This document shows positions 36,001 through 54,000 of a DNA stretch of 64,000 nucleotides, in pieces. Location of the stretch: assembly GCA_964016885.1 (NCBI GenBank), contig OZ024740.1, positions 432,264,001-432,328,000 on the forward strand, given 5' to 3'. Positions within the stretch are counted from its first letter, which is position 1. Each line of letters opens with the position of its first letter. The notes below the pieces were generated by a model that saw nothing but the letters and a program-made list of their open reading frames with translations, did not search any database and was not told the origin of the DNA. The stretch is from Eledone cirrhosa (lineage: Eukaryota). The position numbers and the translations under genes are program-made.

Positions 36001-39000
36001 CTGTGACAATCCATCAACTACCACGGTGACAATCCATCAACTACCACTATGACAATCCTGCTACCACTGTGACAATCCATCAACTACCACTGTGACAATC
36101 CATCAACTACCACTGTGACCATCCATCAACTACCACTGTGACAATCCATCAACTACCACTGTGACAATCCATCAACTACCACTGTGACAATCCATCAACT
36201 ACCACTGTGACAATCCATCAACTACCACTATGACAATCCATCAACTACCACTGTGACAATCCATCAACTACTACTGTGACAATCCATCAACTACCACTAT
36301 GACAATCCATCAACTACCACTGTGACAATCCATCAACTACCACTGTGACAATCCATCAACTACCACTATGACAATCCATCAACTACCACTGTGACAATCC
36401 ATCAACTACCACTATGACAATCCATCAACTACCACTGTGACAATCCATCAACTACCACTATGACAATCCATCAACTACCACTGTGACAATCCATCAACTA
36501 CCACTGTGACAATCCATCAACTACCACTGTGACAATCCATCAACTACCACTGTGACCATCCATCAACTACCACTGTGACAATCCATCAACTACCACTGTG
36601 ACAATCCATCAACTACCACTATGACAATCCTGCTACCACTGTGACAATCCATCAACTACCACTGTGACCATCCATCAACTACCACTGTGACAATCCATCA
36701 ACTACCACTGTGACAATCCATCAACTACCACTATGACAATCCTGCTACCACTGTGACAATCCATCAACTACCACTGTGACAATCCATCAACTACCACTAT
36801 GACAATCCATCAACTACCACTGTGACAATCCATCAACTACCACTGTGACAATCCATCAACTACCACTGTGACAATCCATCAACTACCACTGTGACCATCC
36901 ATCAACTACCACTGTGACAATCCATCAACTACCACTATGACAATCCTGCTACCACTGTGACAATCCATCAACTACCACTATGACAATCCATCAACTACCA
37001 CTATGACAATCCATCAACTACCACTGTGACAATCCATCAACTACCACTGTGACAATCCATCAACTACCACTGTGACAATCCATCAACTACCACTATGACA
37101 ATCCTGCTACCACTGTGACAATCCATCAACTACCACTGTGACAATCCATCAACTACCACTATGACAATCCATCAACTACCACTGTGACAATCCATCAACT
37201 ACCACTGTGACAATCCATCAACTACCACTGTGACAATCCATCAACTACCACTGTGACCATCCATCAACTAACACTGTGACAATCCATCAACTACCACTGT
37301 GACAATCCATCAACTACCACTGTGACAATCCATCAACTACCACTGTGACAATCCATCAACTACCACTATGACAATCCATCAACTACCACTGTGACAATCC
37401 ATCAACTACCACTGTGACAATCCATCAACTACCACTATGACAATCCTGCTACCACTGTGACAATCCATCAACTACCACTGTGACAATCCATCAACTACCA
37501 CTATGACAATCCTGCTACCACTGTAACAATCCATCAACTACCACTGTGACAATCCATCAACTACCACTGTGACAATCCATCAACTACCACTGTGACAATC
37601 CATCAACTACCACTGTGACAATCTATCAACTACCACTGTGACAATCCATCAACTACCACTATGACAATCCATCAACTACCACTGTGACAATCCATCAACT
37701 ACCACTGTGACAATCCATCAACTACCACTATGACAATCCTGCTACCACTGTGACAATCCATCAACTACCACTGTGACAATCCATCAACTACCACTATGAC
37801 AATCCTGCTACCACTGTAACAATCCATCAACTACCACTGTGACAATCCATCAACTACCACTGTGACAATCCATCAACTACCACTGTGACAATCCATCAAC
37901 TACCACTGTGACAATCTATCAACTACCACTGTGACAATCCATCAACTACCACTATGACAATCCTGCTACCACTGTGACAATCCATCAACTACCACTGTGA
38001 CAATCCATCAACTACCACTGTGACAATCCATCAACTACCACTATGACAATCCTGATACCAATGTGACAATCTATCAACTACCACTGTGACAATCCATCAA
38101 CTACCACTATGACAATCCTGCTACCACTGTGACAATCCATCAACTACCACTATGACAATCCATCAACTACCACTGTGACAATCCATCAACTACCACTGTG
38201 ACAATCCATCAACTACCACTGTGACAATCCATCAACTACCACTGTGACAATCCATCAACTACCACTGTGACAATCCATCAACTACCACTGTGACAATCCA
38301 TCAACTACCACTGTGACAATCCATCAACTACCACTGTGACAATCCATCAACTACCACTGTGACAATCCATCAACTACCACTATGACAATCCATCAACTAC
38401 CACTGTGACAATCCATCAACTACCACTGTGACAATCCATCAACTACCACTGTGACAATCCATCAACTACCACTGTGACAATCCATCAACTACCACTGTGA
38501 CAATCCATCAACTACCACTATGACAATCCATCAACTACCACTGTGACAATCCATCAACTACCACTGTGACAATCCATCAACTACCACTGTGACAATCCAT
38601 CAACTACCACTATGACAATCCATCAACTACCACTGTGACAATCCATCAACTACCACTGTGACAATCCATCAACTACCACTGTGACAATCCATCAACTACC
38701 ACTGTGACAATCCATCAACTACCACTGTGACAATCCATCAACTACCACTGTGACAATCCATCAACTACCACTGTGACAATCTATCAACTACCACTGTGAC
38801 AATCCATCAACTACCACTATGACAATCCATCAACTACCACTGTGACAATCCATCAACTACCACTATGACAATCCTGCTACCACTGTGACAATCCATCAAC
38901 TACCACTGTGACAATCCATCAACTACCACTGTGACAATCCATCAACTACCACTATGACAATCCTGATACCACTGTGACCATCCATCAACTACCACTATGA

Positions 39001-42000
39001 CAATCCATCAACTACCACTGTGACAATCCATCAACTACCACTGTGACAATCCATCAACTACCACTATGACAATCCATCAACTACCACTGTGACAATCCAT
39101 CAACTACCACTGTGACAATCCATCAACTACCACTATGACAATCCATCAACTACCACTATGACAATCCATCAACTACCACTGTGACAATCCATCAACTACC
39201 ACTGTGACCATCCATCAACTACCACTATGACAATCCATCAACTACCACTGTGACAATCCATCAACTACCACTATGACAATCCATCAACTACCACTGTGAC
39301 AATCTATCAACTACCACTGTGACAATCCATCAACTACCACTATGACAATCCTGCTACCACTGTGACAATCCATCAACTACCACTATGACAATCCATCAAC
39401 TACCACTGTGACAATCCATCAACTACCACTGTGACAATCCATCAACTACCACTGTGACAATCCATCAACTACCACTATGACAATCCATCAACTACCACTG
39501 TGACAATCCATCAACTACCACTGTGACAATCCATCAACTACCACTGTGACAATCCATCAACTACCACTGTGACAATCCATCAACTACCACTGTGACAATC
39601 CATCAACTACCACTGTGACAATCCATCAACTACCACTGTGACAATCTATCAACTACCACTGTGACAATCCATCAACTACCACTATGACAATCCATCAACT
39701 ACCACTGTGACAATCCATCAACTACCACTATGACAATCCTGCTACCAATGTGACAATCCATCAACTACCGCTGTGACAATCCATCAACTACCACTGTGAC
39801 AATCCATCAACTACCACTATGACAATCCTGATACCACTGTGACCATCCATCAACTACCACTATGACAATCCATCAACTACCACTGTGACAATCTATCAAC
39901 TACCACTGTGACAATCCATCAACTACCACTATGACAATCCATCAACTACCACTGTGACAATCCATCAACTACCACTGTGACAATCCATCAACTACCACTG
40001 TGACAATCCATCAACTACCACTGTGACAATCCATCAACTACCACTGTGACAATCCATCAACTACCACTGTGACAATCCATCAACTACCACTATGACAATC
40101 CATCAACTACCACTGTGACAATCCATCAACTACCACTATGACAATCCATCAACTACCACTGTGACAATCCATCAACTACCACTGTGACAATCTATCAACT
40201 ACCACTGTGACAATCCATCAACTACCACTGTGACAATCCATCAACTACCACTGTGACAATCCATCAACTACCACTGTGACAATCCATCAACTACCACTGT
40301 GACAATCCATCAACTACCACTGTGACAATCCATCAACTACCACTATGACAATCCATCAACTACCACTATGACAATCCATCAACTACCACTGTGACAATCC
40401 TGCTACCACTGTGACAATCCATCAACTACCACTATGACAATCCTGCTACCACTGTGACAATCCATCAACTACCACTGTGACAATCCATCAACTACCACTG
40501 TGACAATCCTGATAGCACTGTGACAATCCATCAACTACCACTATGACAATCCTGCTACCACTATGACAATCCATCAACTACTACTGTGACAATCCATCAA
40601 CTACCACTATGACAATCCTGCTACCACTGTGACAATCCATCAACTACCACTATGACAATCCATCAACTACCACTGTGACAATCCATCAACTACCACTGTG
40701 ACAATGCATCAACTACCACTATGACAATCCTGCTACCACTGTGACAATCCATCAACTACCACTGTGACAATCCATCAACTACCACTGTGACAATCCATCA
40801 ACTACCACTGTGACAATCCTGCTACCACTGTGACAATCCATCAACTACCACTGTGACAATCCATCAACTACCACTGTGACAATCCTGCTACCACTATGAC
40901 AATCCATCAACTACCACTGTGACAATCCATCAACTACCACTGTGACAATCCATCAACTACCACTGTGACAATCCATCAACTACCACTGTGACAATCCATC
41001 AACTACCACTGTGACAATCCATCAACTACCACTGTGACAATCCATCAACTACCACTGTGACAATCCATCAACTACCACTATGACAATCCATCAACTACCA
41101 CTGTGACAATCCATCAACTACCACTGTGACAATCCATCAACTACCACTGTGACAATCCATCAACTACCACTGTGACAATCCATCAACTACCACTGTGACA
41201 ATCCATCAACTACCACTGTGACAATCCATCAACTACCACTATGACAATCCATCAACTACCACTGTGACAATCCATCAACTACCACTGTGACAATCCATCA
41301 ACTACCACTGTGACAATCCATCAACTACCACTGTGACAATCCATCAACTACCACTATGACAATCCATCAACTACCACTGTGACAATCCATCAACTACCAC
41401 TGTGACAATCCATCAACTACCACTGTGACAATCCATCAACTACCACTGTGACAATCCATCAACTACCACTGTGACAATCCATCAACTACCACTGTGACAA
41501 TCCATCAACTACCACTGTGACAATCCATCAACTAACACTGTGACAATCCTGCTACCACTATGACAATCCATCAACTACCACTATGACAATCCATCAACTA
41601 CCACTGTGACAATCCATCAACTACCACTGTGACAATCCATCAACTACCACAGTGACCATCCATCAACTACCACTGTGACAATCCTGCTACCACTGTGACA
41701 ATCCATCAACTACCACTATGACAATCCATCAACTACCACTGTGACAATCCATCAACTACCACTGTGACAATCCTGCTACCACTGTGACAATCGATCAACT
41801 ACCACTATGACAATCCTGCTACCACTGTGACAATCCATCAACTACCACTGTGACAATCCATCAACTACCACTGTGACAATCCATCAACTACCACTGTGAC
41901 AATCCTGCTACCACTGTGACAATCGATCAACTACCACTATGACAATCCTGCTACCACTGTGACAATCGATCAACTACCACTATGACAATCCTGCTACCAC

Positions 42001-45000
42001 TGTGACAATCCATCAACTACCACTGTGACAATCCATCAACTACCACTGTGACAATCCATCAACTACCACTGTGACAATCCATCAACTACCACTGTGACAA
42101 TCCATCAACTACCACAGTGACCATCCATCAACTACCACTGTGACAATCCTGCTACCACTGTGACAATCCATCAACTACCACTATGACAATCCTGCTACCA
42201 CTGTGACAATCGATCAACTACCATTATGACAATCCTGCTACCACTGTGACAATCCATCAACTACCACTGTGACAATCCATCAACTACCACTGTGACAATC
42301 CATCAACTACCACTGTGACAATCCTGCTACCACTGTGACAATCGATCAACTACCACTATGACAATCCTGCTACCACTGTGACAATCGATCAACTACCACT
42401 ATGACAATCCTGCTACCACTGTGACAATCCATCAACTACCACTGTGACAATCCATCAACTACCACTGTGACAATCCATCAACTACCACTGTGACAATCCA
42501 TCAACTACCACTGTGACAATCCATCAACTACCACTGTGACAATCCATCAACTACCACAGTGACCATCCATCAACTACCACTGTGACAATCCTGCTACCAC
42601 TGTGACAATCCATCAACTACCACTGTGACAATCCTGCTACCACTGTGACAATCGATCAACTACCACTATGACAATCCTGCTACCACTGTGACAATCGATC
42701 AACTACCACTATGACAATCCTGCTACCACTGTGACAATCCATCAACTACCACTGTGACAATCCATCAACTACCACTGTGACAATCCATCAACTACCACTG
42801 TGACAATCCATCAACTACCACTGTGACAATCCATCAACTACCACTATGACAATCCTGCTACCACTGTGACAATCCATCAACTACCACTGTGACAATCCAT
42901 CAACTACCACTGTGACAATCCTGCTACCACTATGACAATCCATCAACTACCACTGTGACAATCCATCAACTACCACTATGACAATCCTGCTACCACTGTG
43001 ACAATCCATCAACTACCACTGTGACAATCCATCAACTACCACTGTGACAATCCTGCTACCACTGTGACAATCGATCAACTACCACTATGACAATCCATCA
43101 ACTACCACTGTGACAATCCATCAACTACCACTGTGACAATCCTGCTACCACTGTGACAATCGATCAACTACCACTATGACAATCCTGCTACCACTGTGAC
43201 AATCGAACAACTACCACTATGACAATCCTGCTACCACTGTGACAATCCATCAACTACCACTGTGACAATCCATCAACTACCACTGTGACAATCCATCAAC
43301 TACCACTATGACAATCCTGCTACCACTGTGACAATCCATCAACTACCACTGTGACAATCCATCAACTACCACTATGACAATCCATCAACTACCACTGTGA
43401 CAATCCATCAACTACCACTATGACAATCCTGCTACCACTGTGACAATCCATCAACTACCACTGTGACAATCCATCAACTACCACTGTGACAATCCATCAA
43501 CTACCACTATGACAATCCTGCTACCACTGTGACAATCCATCAACTACCACTGTGACAATCCATCAACTACCACTATGACAATCCATCAACTACCACTGTG
43601 ACAATCCATCAACTACCACTATGACAATCCTGCTACCACTGTGACAATCCATCAACTACCACTGTGACAATCCATCAACTACCACTGTGACAATCCATCA
43701 ACTACCACTGTGACAATCCATCAACTACCACTGTGACCATCCATCAACTACCACTGTGACGATCCATCAACTACCACTGTGACCATCCATCAACTACCAC
43801 TGTGACAATCCATCAACTACCACTATGACAATCCTGCTACCACTGTGACAATCCATCAACTACCACTGTGACAATCCATCAACTACCACTATGACAATCC
43901 ATCAACTACCACTGTGACAATCGATCAACTACCACTATGACAATCCATCAACTACCACTGTGACAATCCATCAACTACCACTATGACGATCCATCAACTA
44001 CCACTATGACCATCCATCAACTACCACTGTGACAATCCATCAACTACCACTGTGACAATCCATCAACTACCACTATGACAATCCATCAACTACCACTGTG
44101 ACAATCCATCAACTACCACTGTGACAATCCATCAACTACCACTGTGACAATCCTGCTACCACTGTGACAATCCATCAACTACCACTGTGACAATCCATCA
44201 ACTACCACTATGACAATCCATCAACTACCACTGTGACAATCCATCAACTACCACTATGACAATCCTGCTACCACTGTGACAATCCATCAACTACCACTGT
44301 GACAATCCATCAACTACCACTGTGACCATCCATCAACTACCACTGTGACAATCCATCAACTACCACTGTGACAATCCATCAACTACCACTGTGACAATCC
44401 ATCAACTACCACTATGACAATCCATCAACTACCACTGTGACAATCCATCAACTACCACTGTGACAATCCATCAACTACCACTGTGACAATCCATCAACTA
44501 CCACTGTGACAATCCATCAACTACCACTGTGACCATCCATCAACTACCACTGTGACGATCCATCAACTACCACTGTGACAATCCATCAACTACCACTATG
44601 ACAATCCTGCTACCACTGTGACAATCCATCAACTACCACTGTGACAATCCATCAACTACCACTGTGACAATCCATCAACTACCACTATGACAATCCATCA
44701 ACTACCACTGTGACAATCGATCAACTACCACTATGACAATCCATCAACTACCACTGTGACAATCCATCAACTACCACTATGACGATCCATCAACTACCAC
44801 TGTGACAATCCATCAACTACCACTGTGACAATCCATCAACTACCACTGTGACAATCCATCAACTACCACTGTGACAATCCTGCTACCACTATGACAATAC
44901 ATCAACTACCACTGTGACAATCCATCAACTACCACTGTGACAATCCATCAACTACCACTGTGACAATCCATCAACTACCACTGTGACAATCCTGCTACCA

Positions 45001-48000
45001 CTATGACAATACATCAACTACCACTGTGACAATCCATCAACTACCACTGTGACAATCCTGCTACCACTATGACAATACATCAACTACCACTGTGACAATC
45101 CATCAACTACCACTATGACGATCCATCAACTACCACTGTGACAATCCATCAACTACCACTGTGACAATCCATCAACTACCACTGTGACAATCCTGCTACC
45201 ACTATGACGATCCATCAACTACCACTGTGACAATCCATCAACTACCACTGTGACAATCCATCAACTACCACTGTGACAATCCATCAACTACCACTGTGAC
45301 AATCCTGCTACCACTATGACAATCCATCAACTACCACTGTGACAATCCATCAACTACCACTATGACAATCCATCAACTACCACTGTGACAATCCATCAAC
45401 TACCACTGTGACAATCCTGCTACCACTATGACAATCCATCAACTACCACTGTGACAATCCATCAACTACCACTGTGACAATCCATCAACTACCACTGTGA
45501 CAATCCTGCTACCACTATGACAATACATCAACTACCACTGTGACAATCCATCAACTACCACTGTGACAATCCTGCTACCACTATGACAATCCATCAACTA
45601 CCACTGTGACAATCCATCAACTACCACTGTGACAATCCATCAACTACCACTATGACAATCCATCAACTACCACTGTGACAATCCATCAACTACCACTGTG
45701 ACCATCCATCAACTACCACTGTGACAATCCATCAACTACCACTGTGACAATCCATCAACTACCACTGTGACCATCCATCAACTACCACTGTGACAATCCA
45801 TCAACTACCACGGTGACAATCCATCAACTACCACTATGACAATCCTGCTACCACTGTGACAATCCATCAACTACCACTGTGACCATCCATCAACTACCAC
45901 TATGACAATCCTGCTACCACTGTGACAATCCATCAACTACCACTGTGACAATCCATCAACTACCACTGTGACAATCCATCAACTACCACTGTGACAATCC
46001 ATCAACTACCACTGTGACCATCCATCAACTACCACTGTGACAATCCATCAACTACCACTGTGACAATCCATCAACTACCACTGTGACAATCCTGCTACCA
46101 CTGTGACAATCCATCAACTACCACTATGACGATCCATCAACTACCACTATGACCATCCATCAACTACCACTGTGACAATCCATCAACTACCACTGTGACA
46201 ATCCATCAACTACCACTATGACAATCCATCAACTACCACTGTGACAATCCATCAACTACCACTGTGACAATCCATCAACTACCACTGTGACAATCCTGCT
46301 ACCACTGTGACAATCCATCAACTACCACTGTGACAATCCATCAACTACCACTATGACAATCCATCAACTACCACTGTGACAATCCATCAACTACCACTAT
46401 GACAATCCTGCTACCACTGTGACAATCCATCAACTACCACTGTGACAATCCATCAACTACCACTATGACAATCCATCAACTACCACTGTGACAATCCATC
46501 AACTACCACTATGACAATCCATCAACTACCACTGTGACAATCCATCAACTACCACTGTGACAATCCATCAACTACCACTGTGACAATCCATCAACTACCA
46601 CTGTGACAATCCATCAACTACCACTGTGACCATCCATCAACTACCACTGTGACGATCCATCAACTACCACTGTGACAATCCATCAACTACCACTATGACA
46701 ATCCTGCTACCACTGTGACAATCCATCAACTACCACTGTGACAATCCATCAACTACCACTATGACAATCCATCAACTACCACTGTGACAATCGATCAACT
46801 ACCACTATGACAATCCATCAACTACCACTGTGACAATCCATCAACTACCACTATGACGATCCATCAACTACCACTGTGACAATCCATCAACTACCACTGT
46901 GACAATCCATCAACTACCACTGTGACAATCCATCAACTACCACTGTGACAATCCTGCTACCACTATGACAATACATCAACTACCACTGTGACAATCCATC
47001 AACTACCACTGTGACAATCCATCAACTACCACTGTGACAATCCTGCTACCACTATGACAATACATCAACTACCACTGTGACAATCCATCAACTACCACTG
47101 TGACAATCCATCAACTACCACTGTGACAATCCATCAACTACCACTGTGACAATCCTGCTACCACTATGACAATCCATCAACTACCACTGTGACAATCCAT
47201 CAACTACCACTATGACAATCCATCAACTACCACTGTGACAATCCATCAACTACCACTGTGACAATCCTGCTACCACTATGACAATCCATCAACTACCACT
47301 GTGACAATCCATCAACTACCACTGTGACAATCCATCAACTACCACTGTGACAATCCATCAACTACCACTGTGACAATCCTGCTACCACTATGACAATACA
47401 TCAACTACCACTGTGACAATCCATCAACTACCACTGTGACAATCCTGCTACCACTATGACAATCCATCAACTACCACTGTGACAATCCATCAACTACCAC
47501 TGTGACAATCCATCAACTACCACTATGACAATCCATCAACTACCACTGTGACAATCCATCAACTACCACTGTGACAATCCATCAACTACCACTATGACAA
47601 TCCATCAACTACCACTGTGACAATCCATCAACTACCACTGTGACAATCCATCAACTACCACTATGACAATACATCAACTACCACTGTGACAATCCATCAA
47701 CTACCACTGTGACAATCCATCAACTACCACTGTGACAATCCATCAACTACCACTGTGACAATCCATCAACTACCACTGTGACAATCCATCAACTACCACT
47801 ATGACAATCCATCAACTACCACTGTGACAATCCATCAACTACCACTGTGACAATCCATCAACTACCACTGTGACAATCCATCAACTACCACTGTGACAAT
47901 CCATCAACTACCACTGTGACAATCCTGCTACCACTATGACAATACATCAACTACCACTGTGACAATCCATCAACTACCACTGTGACAATCCTGCTACCAC

Positions 48001-51000
48001 TATGACAATACATCAACTACCACTGTGACAATCCATCAACTACCACTGTGACAATCCATCAACTACCACTGTGACAATCCATCAACTACCACTGTGACAA
48101 TCCTGCTACCACTATGACAATACATCAACTACCACTGTGACAATCCATCAACTACCACTATGACAATCCATCAACTACCACTGTGACAATCCATCAACTA
48201 CCACTGTGACAATCCATCAACTACCACTGTGACAATCCTGCTACCACTGTGACAATACATCAACTACCACTGTGACAATCCATCAACTACCACTGTGACA
48301 ATACATCAACTACCACTGTGACAATCCATCAACTACCACTGTGACAATCCATCAACTACCACTGTGACAATCCATCAACTACCACTGTGACAATCCTGCT
48401 ACCACTATGACAATACATCAACTACCACTGTGACAATCCATCAACTACCACTGTGACAATCCTGCTACCACTATGACAATACATCAACTACCACTGTGAC
48501 AATCCATCAACTACCACTGTGACAATACATCAACTACCACTGTGACAATCCATCAACTACCACTGTGACAATCCATCAACTACCACTGTGACAATCCATC
48601 AACTACCACTGTGACAATCCTGCTACCACTATGACAATACATCAACTACCACTGTGACAATCCATCAACTACCACTGTGACAATCCATCAACTACCACTG
48701 TGACAATCCTGCTACCACTATGACAATACATCAACTACCACTGTGACAATCCATCAACTACCACTGTGACAATCCATCAACTACCACTGTGACAATCCAT
48801 CAACTACCACTGTGACAATCCTGCTACCACTATGACAATACATCAACTACCACTGTGACAATCCATCAACTACCACTGTGACAATCCATCAACTACCACT
48901 GTGACAATCCTGCTACCACTATGACAATACATCAACTACCACTGTGACAATCCATCAACTACCACTGTGACAATCCATCAACTACCACTGTGACAATCCA
49001 TCAACTACCACTGTGACAATCCTGCTACCACTATGACAATCCATCAACTACCACTGTGACAATCCATCAACTACCACTATGACAATCCATCAACTACCAC
49101 TATGACAATCCATCAACTACCACTGTGACAATCCATCAACTACCACTGTGACAATCCATCAACTACCACTGTGACAATCCTGCTACCACTATGACAATAC
49201 ATCAACTACCACTGTGACAATCCATCAACTACCACTGTGACAATCCTGCTACCACTATGACAATCCATCAACTACCACTGTGACAATCCATCAACTACCA
49301 CTGTGACAATCCATCAACTACCACTGTGACAATCCATCAACTACCACTGTGACAATCCATCAACTACCACTGTGACAATCCATCAACTACCACTGTGACA
49401 ATCCTGCTACCACTATGACAATCCATCAACTACCACTGTGACAATCCATCAACTACCACTATGACAATCCATCAACTACCACTATGACAATCCATCAACT
49501 ACCACTGTGACAATCCATCAACTACCACTGTGACAATCCATCAACTACCACTGTGACAATCCATCAACTACCACTGTGACAATCCATCAACTACCACTGT
49601 GACAATCCATCAACTACCACTGTGACAATCCATCAACTACCACTGTGACAATCCATCAACTACCACTGTGACAATCCATCAACTACCACTATGACAATCC
49701 ATCAACTACCACTGTGACAATCCATCAACTACCACTGTGACCATCCATCAACTACCACTGTGACAATCCTGCTACCACTGTGCCAATCCATCAACTACCA
49801 CTGTGACAATCCATCAACTACCACTGTGACAATCCATCAACTACCACTGTGACAATCCATCAACTACCACTGTGACAATCCATCAACTACCACTGTGACA
49901 ATCCATCAACTACCACTGTGACAATCCATCAACTACCACTATGACAATCCATCAACTACCACTGTGACAATCCATCAACTACCACTGTGACCATCCATCA
50001 ACTACCACTGTGACAATCCATCAACTACCACTGTGACAATCCATCAACTACCACTGTGACAATCCATCAACTACCACTGTAACAATCCATCAACTACCAC
50101 TGTGACAATCCTGCTACCACTATAACAATCCATCAACTACCACTATGACAATCCATCAACTACCACTGTGACAATCCTGCTACCACTGTGACAATCCATC
50201 AACTACCACTGTGACAATCCATCAACCACCACTGTGACCATCCATCAACTACCACTGTGACAATCCTGCTACCACTGTGGCAATCCATCAACTACCACTG
50301 TGACAATCCATCAACTACCACTGTGACAATCCATCAACTACCACTGTGACAATCCATCAACTACCACTGTGACAATCCATCAACTACCACTGTGACAATC
50401 CATCAACTACCACTGTGACAATCCATCAACTACCACTATGACAATCCATCAACTACCACTGTGACAATCCATCAACTACCACTGTGACCATCCATCAACT
50501 ACCACTGTGACAATCCATTAACTACCACTGTGACAATCCATCAACTACCACTGTGACAATCCATCAACTACCACTGTGACAATCCATCAACTACCACTGT
50601 GACAATCCATCAACTACCACTGTGACAATCCATCAACTACCACTGTGACAATCCATCAACTACCACTGTGACAATCCATCAACTACCACTATGACAATCC
50701 ATCAACTACCACTGTGACAATCCATCAACTACCACTGTGACCATCCATCAACTACCACTGTGACAATCCTGCTACCACTGTGGCAATCCATCAACTACCA
50801 CTGTGACAATCCATTAACTACCACTGTGACCATCCATCAACTACCACTGTGACAATCCATCAACTACCACTGTGACCATCCATCAACTACCACTATGACA
50901 ATCCATCAACTACCACTGTGACAATCCATCAACTACCACTGTGACAATCCTGCTACCACTATAACAATCCATCAACTACCACTATGACAATACATCAACT

Positions 51001-54000
51001 ACCACTGTGACAATCCATCAACTACCACTGTGACAATCCATCAACTACCACTGTGACAATCCTGCTATCACTATGACAATCCATCAACTACCACTATGAC
51101 AATCCATCAACTACCACTGTGACAATCCATCAACTACCACTGTGACAATCCATCAACTACCACTGTAACAATCCATCAACTACCACTGTGACAATCCTGC
51201 TACCACTATAACAATCCATCAACTACCACTATGACAATCCATCAACTACCACTGTGACAATCCATCAACTACCACTGTGACAATCCTGCTACCACTGTGA
51301 CAATCCATCAACTACCACTGTGACAATCCATCAACCACCACTGTGACAATCCTGCTACCACTATGACAATCCATCAACTACCACTGTGACAATCCATCAA
51401 CTACCACTGTGACAATCCTGCTACCACTATGACAATCCATCAACTACCACTATGACAATCCATCAACTACCACTGTGACAATCCATCAACTACCACTGTG
51501 ACAATCCTGCTACCACTGTGACCATCCATCAACTACCACTGTGACAATCCATCAACTACCACTGTGACAATCCATCAACTACCACTGTGACAATCCTGCT
51601 ACCACTGTGACCATCCATCAACTACCACTGTGACAATCCTGCTACCACTGTGACAATACATCAACTACCACTGTGACAATCCATCAACTACCACTGTGAC
51701 CATCCATCAACTACCACTGTGACAATCCATCAACTACCACTGTGACAATCCTGCTACCACTGTGACAATCCATCAACTACCACTGTGACAATCCATCAAC
51801 TACCACTGTGACAATCCATCAACTACCACTGTGACAATCCATCAACTACCACTGTGACAATCCATCAACTACCACTATGACAATCCTGCTACCACTGTGA
51901 CAATCCATCAACTACCACTGTATCAATCCTGCTACCACTGTGACAATCCATCAACTACCACTGTGACAATCCATCAACTACCACTGTGACAATCCATCAA
52001 CTACCACTGTGACAATCCATCAACTACCACTGTGACAATCCTGCTACTACTATGACAATCCATCAACTACCACTGTGACAATCCTGCTACTACTATGACA
52101 ATCCATCAACTACCACTGTGACAATCCTGCTACTACTATGACAATCCATCAACTACCACTGTGACAATCCATCAACTACCACTGTGACAATCCATCAACT
52201 ACCACTGTGACAATCCTGCTACCACTGTGACAATCCATCAACTACCACTGTGACAATCCATCAACTACCACTGTGACAATCCTGCTACTACTATGACAAT
52301 CCATCAACTACCACTGTGACAATCCATCAACTACCACTGTGACAATCCATCAACTACCACTGTGACAATCCTGCTACCACTGTGACAATCCATCAACTAC
52401 CACTGTGACAATCCATCAACTACCACTGTGACAATCCATCAACTACCACTGTGACAATCCATCAACTACCACTGTGACAATCCATCAACTACCACTGTGA
52501 CAATCCATCAACTACCACTGTGATAATCCATCAACTACCACTGTGACAATCCATCAACTACCACTGTGACAATCCATCAACTACCACTGTGACAATCCAT
52601 CAACTACCACTGTGACAATGCTGCTACCACTATGACAATCCATCAACTACCACTGTGACAATCCTGCTACCACTATGACAATCCATCAACTACCACTGTG
52701 ACAATCCATCAACTACCACTGTGACAATCCTGCTACTACTATGACAATCCATCAACTACCACTGTGACAATCCTGCTACCACTGTGACAATCCATCAACT
52801 ACCACTGTGACAATCCTGCTACCACTGTGACAATCCATCAACTACCACTATGACAATCCATCAACTACCACTATGACAATCCATCAACTACCACTGTGAC
52901 AATCCATCAACTACCACTGTGACAATCCATCAACTACCACTGTGACAATCCATCAACTACCACTGTGACCATCCATCAACTACCACTGTGACAATCGTGC
53001 TACCAGTGTGACAATCCATCAACTACCACTATGACAATCCATCAACTACCACTGTGACAATCCATCAACTACCACTGTGACAATCCATCAACTACCACTG
53101 TGACAATCCATCAACTACCACCGTGACAATCCATCAACTACCACTATGACAATCCGTCAACTACCACTGTGACAATCCATCAACTACCACTATGACAATC
53201 CATCAACTACCACTATGACAATCCATCAACTACCACTGTGACAATCCATCAACTACCACTATGACAATCCTGCTACCACTGTGACAATCCATCAACTACC
53301 ACTGTGAGAATCCTGCTACCACTATGACAATCCATCAACTACCACTGTGACCATCCATCAACTACCACTATGACAATCCCTCAACTACCACTATGACAAT
53401 CCTGCTACCACTGTGACAATCCATCAACTACCACTGTGACAATCCATCAACTACCACTGTGACAATCTATCAACTACCACTGTGACAATCCATCAACTAC
53501 CACTGTGACAATCCATCAACTACCACTGTGACAATCCATCAACTACCACTGTGACAATCCATCAACTACCACTGTGACCATCCATCAACTACCACTGTGA
53601 CCATCCATCAACTACCACTGTGACCATCCATCAACTACCACTGTGACAATCCATCAATTACCACTGTGACAATCCATCAACTACCACTGTGACAATCCTG
53701 CTACCACTGTGACAATCCATCAACTACCACTGTGACAATCCATCAACTACCACTGTGACCATCCATCAACTACCACTGTGACCATCCATCAACTACCACT
53801 GTGACCATCCATCAACTACCACTGTGACAATCCATCAACTACCACTGTGACCATCCATCAACTACCACTGTGACCATCCATCAACTACCACTGTGACAAT
53901 CCATCAACTACCACTGTGACAATCCATCAACTACCACTGTGACAATCCATCAACTACCACTATGACAATCCATCAACTACCACTGTGACCATCCATCAAG

